64,000 bases of DNA. Origin: a virus. The notes below the pieces were generated by a model. The model was not told the DNA's origin and searched no databases. It saw only the letters and a program-made list of their open reading frames with translations. Each line of letters begins with the position of its first letter. The first letter of the stretch is position 1. Shown piece by piece: positions 18,434 to 28,274 of this stretch. The stretch covers positions 17,810 through 81,809 of IMG/VR virus record IMGVR_UViG_3300043395_001970; one strand, given 5' to 3'. The position numbers and the translations under genes were made by a program.

Positions 18434-19714
18434 CTAAAGGTTTCCGTAAGTTTTTCCCCAGCTTGCTTTGATTGGAAACCCACCATCTTCCAATATTCCT
18501 TTCAATCCCTTAATTAACTCCTTATCCACATCAACAGGCACATCAAATAGGAACGAGTCATAAGTGTATAGATTCAATGAGATTCCAGTTCCCTTAATGT
18601 AATCCAACACCCTACGCATTTTCTCAACGTTTACTTCAGTTTCAAATGCCTGAAGGAGATAGTTAAATACCTTTTGTGGATTTGCCTGTTCTACCCAACT
18701 TAGTGGAATCAATCGGTTTGGGGTACGGATACAATCACACTCTACACTCTCATCCCAAAAATGGTCTATGAAATCGGCCACCTTATCAAAGTATGGTATT
18801 TGGCGGAACTCATCATCAATACCACCATATAGTAATCGGAATGTAACACCCTTAGCCTCATCAATTCCACAACCATATTGGTCAGCTAACCATTGGTGAA
18901 CGTTTCCATCCGGCATATCGTATCCCACCAACTTACCAATCAATCGAGGGTGATAAGCGTTATAGTCCATTTGTAGGAATATCCCATCGGCTATGAAACA
19001 ATCTCTACTACCATCCGATTTGTTTAGGGCGGCATAGTTCACACCACCATGTCTATTGGAAGGTCTACCTGTCACCGTAAATGGATTGTATTCGGTGAAT
19101 ACGGTATCACCTTTTAAGTGTTTGGAAGCTTGAGGCCATCTATCAATAAATTTTTCCCCAACGACACGGATTCCGAATCCTTCAATCTGAGAAAGGGTAG
19201 GAATGAATATATCGTTGTACCAATTATAAGTTTTACTCTTTTGGTTTGTATGTTTTAGTAATTCGGGTTCTACTGCTTCCGCAAGTTTAAGAATGGGAAT
19301 GGATTGAATGATGTCTTCTCTATAACCTTTGTGTAATAAAGGAGCTACTAAGTGTTGTAATGGTTGAGAGTAGTCTATTGTTTCACCGGTCTTTAAGAAA
19401 TAAGCGGTGTCAACATCATTCAGTCCTTCCCTAAGTGTAACAAAAGATTGGAGTAGCTTTTTCTTTTGAAATACCCACTTTTCACCGGCGGTATTCAACA
19501 CACCTTCTATTTGCTCATTAGAGAGTGATAGAGCGTCTGTGTGTTGTTGTGGTAGTATATACCTGTCCGATTGGGTTCTTACGAATATAAACGAAATAGT
19601 GGTGTTTAATGGGTGCTTATCATTATCTACCCATAGCGGATACCAAAGGGATACTTCAGTTTCCAACTTTACCTTTAATTCGTTTAATTCATCAATAGAC
19701 TCAACAATTCTCAT
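18434..19714 (-). CDS. short, divergent family A DNA polymerase-like protein; likely start MRIVES at 19714
   Basis: TVTGRPS, motif A DYNAYHPRL, motif B AKGVTFRLLYG, NYLLQA, motif C YDSFLFDV. Confidence 0.8.
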   Translation of the reverse strand: MRIVESIDELNELKVKLETEVSLWYPLWVDNDKHPLNTTISFIFVRTQSDRYILPQQHTDALSLSNEQIEGVLNTAGEKWVFQKKKLLQSFVTLREGLNDVDTAYFLKTGETIDYSQPLQHLVAPLLHKGYREDIIQSIPILKLAEAVEPELLKHTNQKSKTYNWYNDIFIPTLSQIEGFGIRVVGEKFIDRWPQASKHLKGDTVFTEYNPFTVTGRPSNRHGGVNYAALNKSDGSRDCFIADGIFLQMDYNAYHPRLIGKLVGYDMPDGNVHQWLADQYGCGIDEAKGVTFRLLYGGIDDEFRQIPYFDKVADFIDHFWDESVECDCIRTPNRLIPLSWVEQANPQKVFNYLLQAFETEVNVEKMRRVLDYIKGTGISLNLYTYDSFLFDVPVDVDKELIKGLKGILEDGGFPIKASWGKTYGNL

Positions 19715-19719
19715 AACTA

Positions 19720-19751
19720 CAAAGATACAAAAAAAATCCCAAACTACCAAA
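19720..19751 (-). promoter_or_regulatory. Bacteroidota-type sigma70 promoter (polA-like), overlapping the tmRNA terminator
   Basis: TTTG-N20-TATCTTTG. Confidence 0.7.
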
Positions 19752-19766
19752 TAATAGTTCGGGATT
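19729..19766 (-). terminator. intrinsic terminator after tmRNA
   Basis: AATCCCGAACTA-loop-TAGTTTGGGATT followed by a T run. Confidence 0.75.
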
Positions 19767-19768
19767 TG

Positions 19769-20144
19769 TGGTGGAGATGGTGGGATTCGAACCCACGTCT
19801 TACGAAGTAACCATAATACCAGCGTTTCACACGTTTAGGATAAGGTTTAATCTTATTCACCTTCCAAAATAATTGGGGCCGTTTGGTTAGAACAGCGCTA
19901 CCACCAACCGATTTAGAGTTTCGGTAAACTTAGGTTTCACTTCTTGTTAAATTCCACGAGTGATGCGGAAGGTGATTAGGCTGCTACAGCGTAATCAGCA
20001 CCTACGAATGCCATAACGTCATCGAAGGTCCAAGTAGATAATTCTACATCATTTATTGTTTGATTCCGAGATTTAAGTGGTTTGAGAACCTTCCCACTAC
20101 GTGTGATACTACAATTCGCATCGCAATCAATTCCAGTCATCCCC
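19769..20144 (-). ncRNA. ssrA: tmRNA (376 nt); tag reading frame 19976..20050
   Basis: 5' GGGGAUG pairs with 3' CAUCUCC-ACCA, including G3.U70; GGAAUUGA D-loop-like element; T-arm GUGGG-UUCGAAU-CCCAC; internal frame ending ...ADYAVAA-stop. Confidence 0.93.
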
Positions 20145-20150
20145 ATTATG

Positions 20151-20182
20151 TAAATATACAAAAAAGTATTTACATTTCCAAA
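20151..20182 (-). promoter_or_regulatory. tmRNA promoter (host-type -33 with variant -7)
   Basis: TTTG-N20-TATATTTA ending 6 nt upstream of the tmRNA 5' end. Confidence 0.65.
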
Positions 20183-20553
20183 TTTTGTTTTTGTTTAAAT
20201 TGCAAATAATTTGGTAAGTATTTTATAAGAAGTGGTATTTTTTTCATACCAATCTTAACTGAATTAAAGTTAGATTCTTTCAATTCTTCGTCTGTTCCAG
20301 TTATTTTCCATCTCAATGTAAGTACTGTAAAAAATGGATTTGTAAGTAGTGTTCCATATACTGCTTCACTTATTTCATAGATATATCCATTTTTATCATT
20401 TGTTCTTTGAGCAAAGTATCTTTTTATAAATCCCATTTTATAATCATTTTCCGTTGGAGTAGGGCAAAAAGTACTTATTTGACCATCTTTTTCACGAAAT
20501 GGATATCCACCAGCTCCATTTAACTTATTATAATCATAATTGTAAATAGCCAT
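20170..20553 (-). CDS. hypothetical protein (baseplate region)
   Basis: 127-aa ORF at the end of the tail operon. Confidence 0.65.
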   Translation of the reverse strand: MAIYNYDYNKLNGAGGYPFREKDGQISTFCPTPTENDYKMGFIKRYFAQRTNDKNGYIYEISEAVYGTLLTNPFFTVLTLRWKITGTDEELKESNFNSVKIGMKKIPLLIKYLPNYLQFKQKQNLEM

Positions 20554-20556
20554 ATA

Positions 20557-23274
20557 TTATGAATTTTGTTGTCTATATTCACCTGTCACACTTGTTTGCC
20601 ATTCCATCCCATTTAGTTCATGTTCAATTTGTGTTATTTGAAATAACCCATGTGCTGCATATTTATCCGGAATTCCTAAAATGTTAAAAGTATCTCCCCT
20701 TCGCAACCCACTAACACCTATTGTTTTAAAATTGTATTTGATAGGAAGTGGATGCGATAATCTATCGTTACCCGAGCCATTGGGGCTGAAAGCGTCATTT
20801 CGTAATCTATCAAAATAATTTCCATCATTTAAAGTATAGATTCTTAATTCCCCTGCTGTATCAAAAACAGTGGCACTTTTGATGACACTTGTATCCATTG
20901 TAATATTTGCTCTTGAAGGGTTTGCTACTAATGAAATTTTTTCAAAATTTTTGCTCAAAGCTGCCTGCTCTGCTGCTTTAGCATCTTCCGCTGCCTTTTT
21001 TTGGGCTTCATATACTTCTAAGCTTTTCTCATATGATTTATTTTGTAAATCAGATATTATTTTATCGTTTGCATCAATTTCATCTTGTTTTGCTTTTATT
21101 TTTGCATCACGTTCCTCCTCCAAAGCTCTTATTCTAGCAAATTCTCTATCTCTAGCAGCATCTGTTGCAGCGTCTGTAAAAATAGATGCTATTGCACCAC
21201 CAAATTCTCTAATACCTACATTAACAACTCCTTTATTAATATATTCTGTACGTATGTCACGTATTTGGCTTGCTAATTCAGCATTTTTAGTTTGTAAAGA
21301 AGTTTTTTGTGTATTAATATCTTCGTATTCTTTAGTTAGTCTTTCAACTGCAGTCATTTCGGGTTCTGTTTGTGCAGCAGAACCAGATGTACCTCCTGTT
21401 CCCTGAGTTGTTACCAATTTCATAAATAAATCAGTATTACTATTAAATAATTCTCCTGTATTTACAATTGCAGAGTCTGGATTGGTTGCTAAACTTAATC
21501 TTTTTGCAACAAGCATACTTGTCATATCTTGTGGTATGCTAATGTCCAAATCCGCAGATAAAAATGCAGATTCAATTCCAGCATGTATAAATTTAGTAGG
21601 AGGTTCTGTATTTGCGTTTTTACCTACCCAGTTTTCATCAATAACTGTGATAACAATATCACCCTCATTCATTCCTTCAACTGGTTTATCTTTTGTAACT
21701 GTTGTTTCTACTATCTGAAAATTCCAAAAAGAATTCACTCCTGATGATAATTCATTTAGTATATCTAAAAATATTTCTCTAATTGTTTTATTTGTTTGAG
21801 TTATTTTTGGATAAAAAACTTGGTCAAAATTAACAAAAAGATTTCTTAAATATCCCCAATAATTTGCGGACTCTTTGTGACCACTACTATTTAAATCAGT
21901 AGTTTCAGGAAATTTTTTGTCTCCAGTTGAATAATCCACTGGTACTTCATCGGATATTTTCCCATCTGCTTGCTGTTGTACTTCTATCGTACTTAAAAAA
22001 TATTTTTTGAATGGTGGTAATGAACTACCAGGAATAATTAGTTTATCCGGCTTTGTTGAAAACATATGAGGAAAGGCTCCTATAATAGTATTAGATATAT
22101 CAATCTTAACTTTTATAGTTTTTCCACCTACAGTAAGTGTATTTAAACCTCCATTTAGATTTAGAAGTTTTGCACACAATCCCATACTAAAATATCTATC
22201 ATTATTAAAAAGTGATTCTTTGGCAAGTGTTGCATTTCCAACACTTATATCGTTTGCTTCAAAAAGACCTACCGATTCATAATCAAGTAGTTTTTGGTTT
22301 ACAACTTCATCAAAATTTATAAAATCATATTCACTATATTCAGTTGAGCTTAATTCTTTAATTTCTTTTATTTGTTTTTCAGCAGGAAGTGCGTTAAACA
22401 TTGCTTTAAATCTTCTACGAGCGAGAGGACCATTAACTGTGCCACCCATAGCACCTGCAACGACAGCGGTACCTGCACCAGCTGGTGCAACTTCTTCTTC
22501 TAATTCAGAAATTGGAAATGGATGTACTGTTGGTAATTCTATAATTTTTCCGCTTGCATCTAATTCTTGTGTCTTTTTATGAGTTTGTAAAAATGTAGGT
22601 AATCCGGGTGCTCCTTTACATTTAATTGTTAATTGAAAACTTTCTCCGTCCGATGTAACATTTCCACCAACTATAAAACCTAAAAATATATCATATTCTC
22701 CAGCCGAACTTTTTCTTGCGTTATGTATATTGTCTTGATTTAAACATCTACTGGCTATAGAATTTAAAATTTCATCCAAACTTTTTGTAGTATCTATCAT
22801 TTGTGATAAAGCATTGGTTGTATTAAATCCCCACTCTACACACAAATTATAGCCCGGCTCCATTAAAAAAGCTTGTAGTAATTCCATTTGGTCTTTGGAA
22901 AAACATTGTAATGTCAAATTTAATTCTCTTGATATTTGGTCTTTACCTTCTTTTGAAGTTAATGCTTTTATAATTGGAGATGGTCTAAATCCTCTACCTT
23001 CACCAGATGCTCCAATTGCAGCTTTATTTGCTAAATCATAACCTATTGCTCCCGATTCAGATTTACTTCCATAAATTGCTCCAAAATTTTCGTCAGCTGT
23101 TTTAAATAATTTAAAATCATTATTAGATGCTATAACTAATCCCTTAACACCACTTACTTCAGCTCCAGAGATAATTCTAACCCATGGATTTAATTTTGAT
23201 GCTACTTTAGTATTAGATCTTGACTTTATCGTTGCCGATATTTCTTTTTCTATGTTTGTTAGTTGTGGCCACAT
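20557..23274 (-). CDS. putative baseplate hub / tail-associated protein with coiled-coil insert
   Basis: Follows the LysM protein; C-terminal FQITQIEHELNGMEWQTSV resembles hub proteins; assignment is mostly positional. Confidence 0.55.
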   Translation of the reverse strand: MWPQLTNIEKEISATIKSRSNTKVASKLNPWVRIISGAEVSGVKGLVIASNNDFKLFKTADENFGAIYGSKSESGAIGYDLANKAAIGASGEGRGFRPSPIIKALTSKEGKDQISRELNLTLQCFSKDQMELLQAFLMEPGYNLCVEWGFNTTNALSQMIDTTKSLDEILNSIASRCLNQDNIHNARKSSAGEYDIFLGFIVGGNVTSDGESFQLTIKCKGAPGLPTFLQTHKKTQELDASGKIIELPTVHPFPISELEEEVAPAGAGTAVVAGAMGGTVNGPLARRRFKAMFNALPAEKQIKEIKELSSTEYSEYDFINFDEVVNQKLLDYESVGLFEANDISVGNATLAKESLFNNDRYFSMGLCAKLLNLNGGLNTLTVGGKTIKVKIDISNTIIGAFPHMFSTKPDKLIIPGSSLPPFKKYFLSTIEVQQQADGKISDEVPVDYSTGDKKFPETTDLNSSGHKESANYWGYLRNLFVNFDQVFYPKITQTNKTIREIFLDILNELSSGVNSFWNFQIVETTVTKDKPVEGMNEGDIVITVIDENWVGKNANTEPPTKFIHAGIESAFLSADLDISIPQDMTSMLVAKRLSLATNPDSAIVNTGELFNSNTDLFMKLVTTQGTGGTSGSAAQTEPEMTAVERLTKEYEDINTQKTSLQTKNAELASQIRDIRTEYINKGVVNVGIREFGGAIASIFTDAATDAARDREFARIRALEEERDAKIKAKQDEIDANDKIISDLQNKSYEKSLEVYEAQKKAAEDAKAAEQAALSKNFEKISLVANPSRANITMDTSVIKSATVFDTAGELRIYTLNDGNYFDRLRNDAFSPNGSGNDRLSHPLPIKYNFKTIGVSGLRRGDTFNILGIPDKYAAHGLFQITQIEHELNGMEWQTSVTGEYRQQNS

Positions 23275-23573
23275 TAAAATTGAACATTTTTGAAATCTCT
23301 GATTATAGATATATAAGCTTCTGGAATTCTTAAAATAGTTCCTTCGGCAAGTCCTATCTGTCCATTGTGAATATTATTTGCAGATGCTATAATCCACCAC
23401 AAAGAAGAATCGCTATAAAATTGATGCGCTAAGGTATCCAATCTATCACCCGTTTCGGTTGCTATATAAAAATCAGTATCCCTAAGTTCTATATTAGGAT
23501 ATATTTTTGATTGGTAAACCTCTCTACCATCAATTGTTTTTTTAGTTGGATTGTTTTGATATCTACTAATCAT
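23274..23573 (-). CDS. LysM / tail-X-like baseplate wedge protein
   Basis: GDRLDTLAHQFYSDSSLWWIIASAN...GTILRIP. Confidence 0.8.
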   Translation of the reverse strand: MISRYQNNPTKKTIDGREVYQSKIYPNIELRDTDFYIATETGDRLDTLAHQFYSDSSLWWIIASANNIHNGQIGLAEGTILRIPEAYISIIRDFKNVQF

Positions 23574-23579
23574 AATTTA

Positions 23580-25658
23580 TTATTTTCTTAATCTATTAGC
23601 TAAATTATCTACACTTCCCAAATTAAGCTCTTTCTGAATTATTGGATTTTGTGTAACTCCGCTAAATCTTTGTTTAAATTGTTTATCTATTGCTTCATCA
23701 GATAATTGAGCTAACTTTGAATCAATTTTTATTTTTGCAATATCGCTGTTAATACTAGATTTAGATTTTCCAATATCAACTGGTTTTTGTAATTCTCTTT
23801 TAACCAATGTACCATCTGGGTTTGTTTCAGTACTTGTAGCAGGAACTCTTAATTTTTGATTTTTACCAACTCCACCGTATGAATAGAATCTGTTTGCTAT
23901 AAAAGTTCCTTCTTTACCCGTTTCATCACTAATACCATACGAATCACCCATAGTATCCAAAAATTTATATGTAATATTAACATTTATAATTCTTGGTAGT
24001 TTCCAATATTCTAAATCAACGGATTGGTCTATATCAAATCCAATTTCCCATGGAGAGTTATCATCAATATCATAACTAAGAGATTCAATAAATCCTTCTG
24101 CGTTCTTAAACATATCACCCAATGTTAATTTTAAAAATGGTGGAGTAATAAATACGCTACCAGCCACACCAATACCATTAGCAGGATAAACTAATCCAGT
24201 CAAAAAATTAATCTTTTCCCATGCCACCTTATGTTCTTTTGCATTTAAAGAAAAAACTTTAAATGTAAAAGTAATACTTCTTTCAATTCCAGAGTATGTA
24301 TAATAACTAAATGGATTTCCTAAAGTTTTATTAGTATCCCAAGTTGGACTTAAATTTTCACTAATACCAGATAATGTTGCTCTGAAAGATACTGCTGTTT
24401 CTTTTGCAATAGAATAAAATCTTAATGGAATAAAATCGTAATCATCATAATATTTACCAGCTGCATCTTTTTGACCTCTACTATCGGTTTTAAGGTCTGC
24501 TTCTGTCAATGAATACGTTCCCAATGAATTTAGGTAATCACTACCTTTTGTCATACCTCTTAAAACTTCTATATTTTTTTCTAACTCATATCCACTACCA
24601 CCGGGAGTTGAATTTTTTGGATATCCCCTTCTTTTTGAATATGGTTGGAATCTACCACCATTATCATAATTTTCATTAGCTGTTATATCCGGTTTAAAAG
24701 TTCCTATATCTGCCATTAATCCACCATCTAAAGCAGATAATTCAGTATATCTTTCTGAATATATTGATGCTAAATCATTTTGTTCAGGTACAGTATCAGC
24801 TCGTGCATCAATACTTTTTGAATACTTTGGTAATTCTCCTTTTAAATTTTTTTCAGCTACCGATGTTTTATCTTTGTTTGTATATACAGTTTTAGGTTGT
24901 ATTTGCCCTAAAGGACCTAAATTAATCTTTTTTCCTCTACCAATTCCAATATTAGGTTGAGCTACTATACTTCCAAGATTTATTTCGTTTACACCAAAAA
25001 TTGCTTTTTTAAATTGTTGTTTTCCTAATCGTAAAGCCTCACCTACAATTTTATTACCTATTTGATTTGGTGTTGAACTTTTTAATGCAGATGATAAAAT
25101 TCGTCCAGGTAAATTACCTTCTGATTTTGCTTTTATTTTTTTAAGCGTATCTACTAATTCATGTGGACTTGCATTTGTAAAATCTAAATCGTTTACAACT
25201 CTTGTTGGAATCTTAGTTTCAGGAAAATTAATACCTAATTTATCAGTTACTTTTTTTACAGTTTGTTCTGCCTTTACTTTAAGTTGTTGTAAACTATTTA
25301 TTTTACCGCCTGTTAATTGAGATAAACCTTTACCAACCAAACCACCATCTTGAGTTTGAGTACCACTAGCTGCCAATTTCATATCGTTTAAAACTGGTGT
25401 TGTTTTTTCTTTAAATCTCAAAATGTCCGTACCATACAATGTAGTACTTCTCAAACCTCTAATTGCTCTAATACCAATTAATTCTTCTTCTATTCTTGTT
25501 TCTCCCAATCTATTAGCTACTCCACTTCTTCTAAGTGCGTTAATAGCAAATCCATCAATTACACGAATATCTTTACTATTACGAATATCGTATTTTTGCT
25601 CTGCGGTTAGATTACCATCAATTTTTTTGGTTTTAAATAATTCTTGTAAAGTTGGCAT
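23580..25658 (-). CDS. putative tail tube initiator / baseplate protein
   Basis: Downstream of the tape measure gene; YSGIERSITFTF, PPFLKLTLGD tube-like domain. Confidence 0.55.
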   Translation of the reverse strand: MPTLQELFKTKKIDGNLTAEQKYDIRNSKDIRVIDGFAINALRRSGVANRLGETRIEEELIGIRAIRGLRSTTLYGTDILRFKEKTTPVLNDMKLAASGTQTQDGGLVGKGLSQLTGGKINSLQQLKVKAEQTVKKVTDKLGINFPETKIPTRVVNDLDFTNASPHELVDTLKKIKAKSEGNLPGRILSSALKSSTPNQIGNKIVGEALRLGKQQFKKAIFGVNEINLGSIVAQPNIGIGRGKKINLGPLGQIQPKTVYTNKDKTSVAEKNLKGELPKYSKSIDARADTVPEQNDLASIYSERYTELSALDGGLMADIGTFKPDITANENYDNGGRFQPYSKRRGYPKNSTPGGSGYELEKNIEVLRGMTKGSDYLNSLGTYSLTEADLKTDSRGQKDAAGKYYDDYDFIPLRFYSIAKETAVSFRATLSGISENLSPTWDTNKTLGNPFSYYTYSGIERSITFTFKVFSLNAKEHKVAWEKINFLTGLVYPANGIGVAGSVFITPPFLKLTLGDMFKNAEGFIESLSYDIDDNSPWEIGFDIDQSVDLEYWKLPRIINVNITYKFLDTMGDSYGISDETGKEGTFIANRFYSYGGVGKNQKLRVPATSTETNPDGTLVKRELQKPVDIGKSKSSINSDIAKIKIDSKLAQLSDEAIDKQFKQRFSGVTQNPIIQKELNLGSVDNLANRLRK

Positions 25659-25672
25659 TTTATAATTTTATT

Positions 25673-27985
25673 TTATCCTTGAGCCATAGCGTAGTTGTTT
25701 CTGGTACTACCCTCTACAACTGTACCAATACCCGCTGAAACCTTAGCACCATCCATTCTAACAGCTATTTTACCTGCTGCCAAATCTGCTCTTAATGCTT
25801 TTAATTCTCCAATCATTGTATTTAGTGGTGCAGATAATACTGCCAAATTTCCTCCTGACCCTCCATTCATAGCTTTTGCTGCTCCAGGTGCTGCTATTAA
25901 ATCATCATTTGGAGATAATTCAAATAATCCACCTTCTTTTGTTGAAACTTGAGTTTTTCCATCAGCTGGGGAATACATATCTCCCGCTTTTTGTTGAGAC
26001 TTTATAAAACCAATACCACCTGCAATAGCAGCAATTGCTAAAGCAGGTCCAACAACAGGCAATCCACCTAATGAAGTCCATGCTCCTTTAATAACACTCA
26101 TTATTGCTAATGCTTGTGTTTTTATCCACATAGCGTTAAAAATAGCTAATATTGGTAGTAATACAGGAGCCATAGCAGTAAATCCTTGAATAATATAAGA
26201 AACAGCCTGACCAATTAGTTGGACTGGATATAATATGGCTTGAATTATTGGTATTAATGCATCTAATAATGGAGTTAAAGCATTACCAACTGTGGCTGCA
26301 ATTGATGTAAAAGTATTTGCTAGCTTATCTAATGATTTTTGATTTTCTTGCTGAACTTTGAATTTTTGTGTTTCTGATGCTAATTGGTCTGCGCTTATAT
26401 TTGTAATATCTAATCCGGCATTAATAGCTTCTTCCGCTTGTTTTCTTTGCTCAGATGTTAAACTATTTAATTTATCTTGCGCATCTAATTGTTTATTAAT
26501 TTCCTCAACACTCATTCCAGCTGCCTTAGCTAATTGTCTTTGTGTAAAATAATCTTGCTTTCGAAAATCTCCACTTCTTTGTAATTGAGCTAATGTTTCT
26601 TTTTGAGCATCAACTATATTACCTTCCATTGCTAATGCCCTAGCTCTACTTAAATTAAATTGACCACCAACATAAGTTGCAGCTACTAATTCATCTTCAA
26701 TACTACCTTCAAAATCTAAAAGTTTTTCAGCCGTTGCGGCTACATCTTTTAAATTAGTTCCAAGCCTTCTAGCCTCAATAGCATTTTTGGTTAATTTAGT
26801 TAAATCTCCTTTAAATAATGTTGATGCAACTTCTGCGTTTTCTGCTATATCTTTAAATACTTTTGCAGGAGCAACTCCAGCCAACTTAGCCATATTTGCA
26901 GCTTGCATTTGTACATTAGCTGCTGTTTCGGAACTCAATCCTCCAATTTGTTCAAATATACCTTGTACCTTTCCGGAATCTGCTGCAGCAATACCAAAGT
27001 TTTGATTCATTACTGTAAGTGCAGCAGTTGTTTCTTTTGAGACATTGTATATATCACTAAATTCAGATTTTAAAGCGGCTACAGTATCAAATGCTCCTTT
27101 TGCTGTTACACCCAAATCCCCAAACTCTCCTGCAATTTCACTTGCATTAGAACGAATTCCCTCCATTTGAGAATTAGTCAATCCTGTTGTTTCTCTAAAT
27201 TCTCCCGCAGCATCATCTAAATCTTTAAATGCTGTTATTCCTGCAATTAAAATTCCCGCTAGCAACGTAAATACTATAGCTTTTGCACTAGCTGTTTTTA
27301 TTGCATTTCCTAATTTTTGCGCAAATCCAACTGCTCCTTTTAAACTATCAGGTAAAGCATTAAACATATCCTGCTGAGATTCTCGTATTTGTTTTAACTT
27401 TTGTTCTTTTAAATACATTTGTTCTTCAAGATTAACAGCATCCATATCTCTTTTAATTTGAGCTTCACTCAAACCTAAAACATTTTCTTTAATTTTTAAT
27501 CTTTTTTGCTCAAACTCATTTAATCCTTTAGCATCTGCTTCAGCTTTTGCAGTAGCTTGAGCTTGTTGTAACATATCATTACTTATTTGAGTAAGATAAT
27601 TTTCCCTTTCTATTTCTGCTTGTAATTCTTCACCAGTTAATTTTGTTTGCTTTACTTTACTTTGAATGATGTCTTGATTAATTGAATGATAAATTGAAGT
27701 TTCCGAGTTTTGGTCTGCAAGTAATTTTTTAACTGCTGGAGATAATTTTGCAAATGATTTAGCGAACGCAGATTGTTCTTTTTGTAATTTTTTTTGTTCG
27801 TTTACTCGTTTTTGTTCTTCTTTAAGTAAAGCCTGTTGTTCCTTTTTTTCGGCTTGATAATCTTTTAACTTTCTTTTTGAATATGAACTACTTAATTTCG
27901 CATAATGAGCTATTCGCTCATCCGCATGAGCAATTCTTTCTTTAATTTTTTCAATTTCTGTAAGTTCTCTTAAATTTTCAGCCAT
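25673..27985 (-). CDS. tail tape measure protein
   Basis: Ala-rich helical protein with hydrophobic segments, downstream of tube and chaperone genes. Confidence 0.75.
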   Translation of the reverse strand: MAENLRELTEIEKIKERIAHADERIAHYAKLSSSYSKRKLKDYQAEKKEQQALLKEEQKRVNEQKKLQKEQSAFAKSFAKLSPAVKKLLADQNSETSIYHSINQDIIQSKVKQTKLTGEELQAEIERENYLTQISNDMLQQAQATAKAEADAKGLNEFEQKRLKIKENVLGLSEAQIKRDMDAVNLEEQMYLKEQKLKQIRESQQDMFNALPDSLKGAVGFAQKLGNAIKTASAKAIVFTLLAGILIAGITAFKDLDDAAGEFRETTGLTNSQMEGIRSNASEIAGEFGDLGVTAKGAFDTVAALKSEFSDIYNVSKETTAALTVMNQNFGIAAADSGKVQGIFEQIGGLSSETAANVQMQAANMAKLAGVAPAKVFKDIAENAEVASTLFKGDLTKLTKNAIEARRLGTNLKDVAATAEKLLDFEGSIEDELVAATYVGGQFNLSRARALAMEGNIVDAQKETLAQLQRSGDFRKQDYFTQRQLAKAAGMSVEEINKQLDAQDKLNSLTSEQRKQAEEAINAGLDITNISADQLASETQKFKVQQENQKSLDKLANTFTSIAATVGNALTPLLDALIPIIQAILYPVQLIGQAVSYIIQGFTAMAPVLLPILAIFNAMWIKTQALAIMSVIKGAWTSLGGLPVVGPALAIAAIAGGIGFIKSQQKAGDMYSPADGKTQVSTKEGGLFELSPNDDLIAAPGAAKAMNGGSGGNLAVLSAPLNTMIGELKALRADLAAGKIAVRMDGAKVSAGIGTVVEGSTRNNYAMAQG

Positions 27986-27997
27986 TTAGAGTTTTAT

Positions 27998-28207
27998 TTA
28001 TAATGCTCCGTATTTTTTTAATATTTTTACAAATTCAGGATCTAATTGACCGCTTTTTTGATGTAGCTTAGCTATGTTAGCATCAATTTTTTTTAATTCA
28101 GGATCATTATCAATCACATATTGTAAATCTTTTGGTTTTTTCTTTTTTCCAAACCAACCAAAAAATTCTTTTAAATTTGACTTTGATATTTTATATTTTT
28201 TCCTCAT
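27998..28207 (-). CDS. small basic hypothetical protein
   Basis: 69-aa ORF preceded by the ATATTTATA motif. Confidence 0.6.
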   Translation of the reverse strand: MRKKYKISKSNLKEFFGWFGKKKKPKDLQYVIDNDPELKKIDANIAKLHQKSGQLDPEFVKILKKYGAL

Positions 28208-28245
28208 TTTATATTTGTTTATTTGATATAAATATCCTATAAAAC

Positions 28246-28274
28246 AAAAAGTTAGGATTTTATCTAATCCTAAC
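28246..28274 (-). terminator. intrinsic terminator
   Basis: GTTAGGATT-AGATAA-AATCCTAAC-TTTTT. Confidence 0.7.

Noticed and set aside
11292-19750. Track start positions for endolysin (11345), nuclease (18434) and polA-like (19750)
   Set aside because: The extensions overlap upstream genes or promoters; ATGs at 11291, 18395 and 19714 fit the domain boundaries better.
19976-20161. 61-aa ORF in the track
   Set aside because: It overlaps the tmRNA; only its last 24 codons are the tag reading frame.
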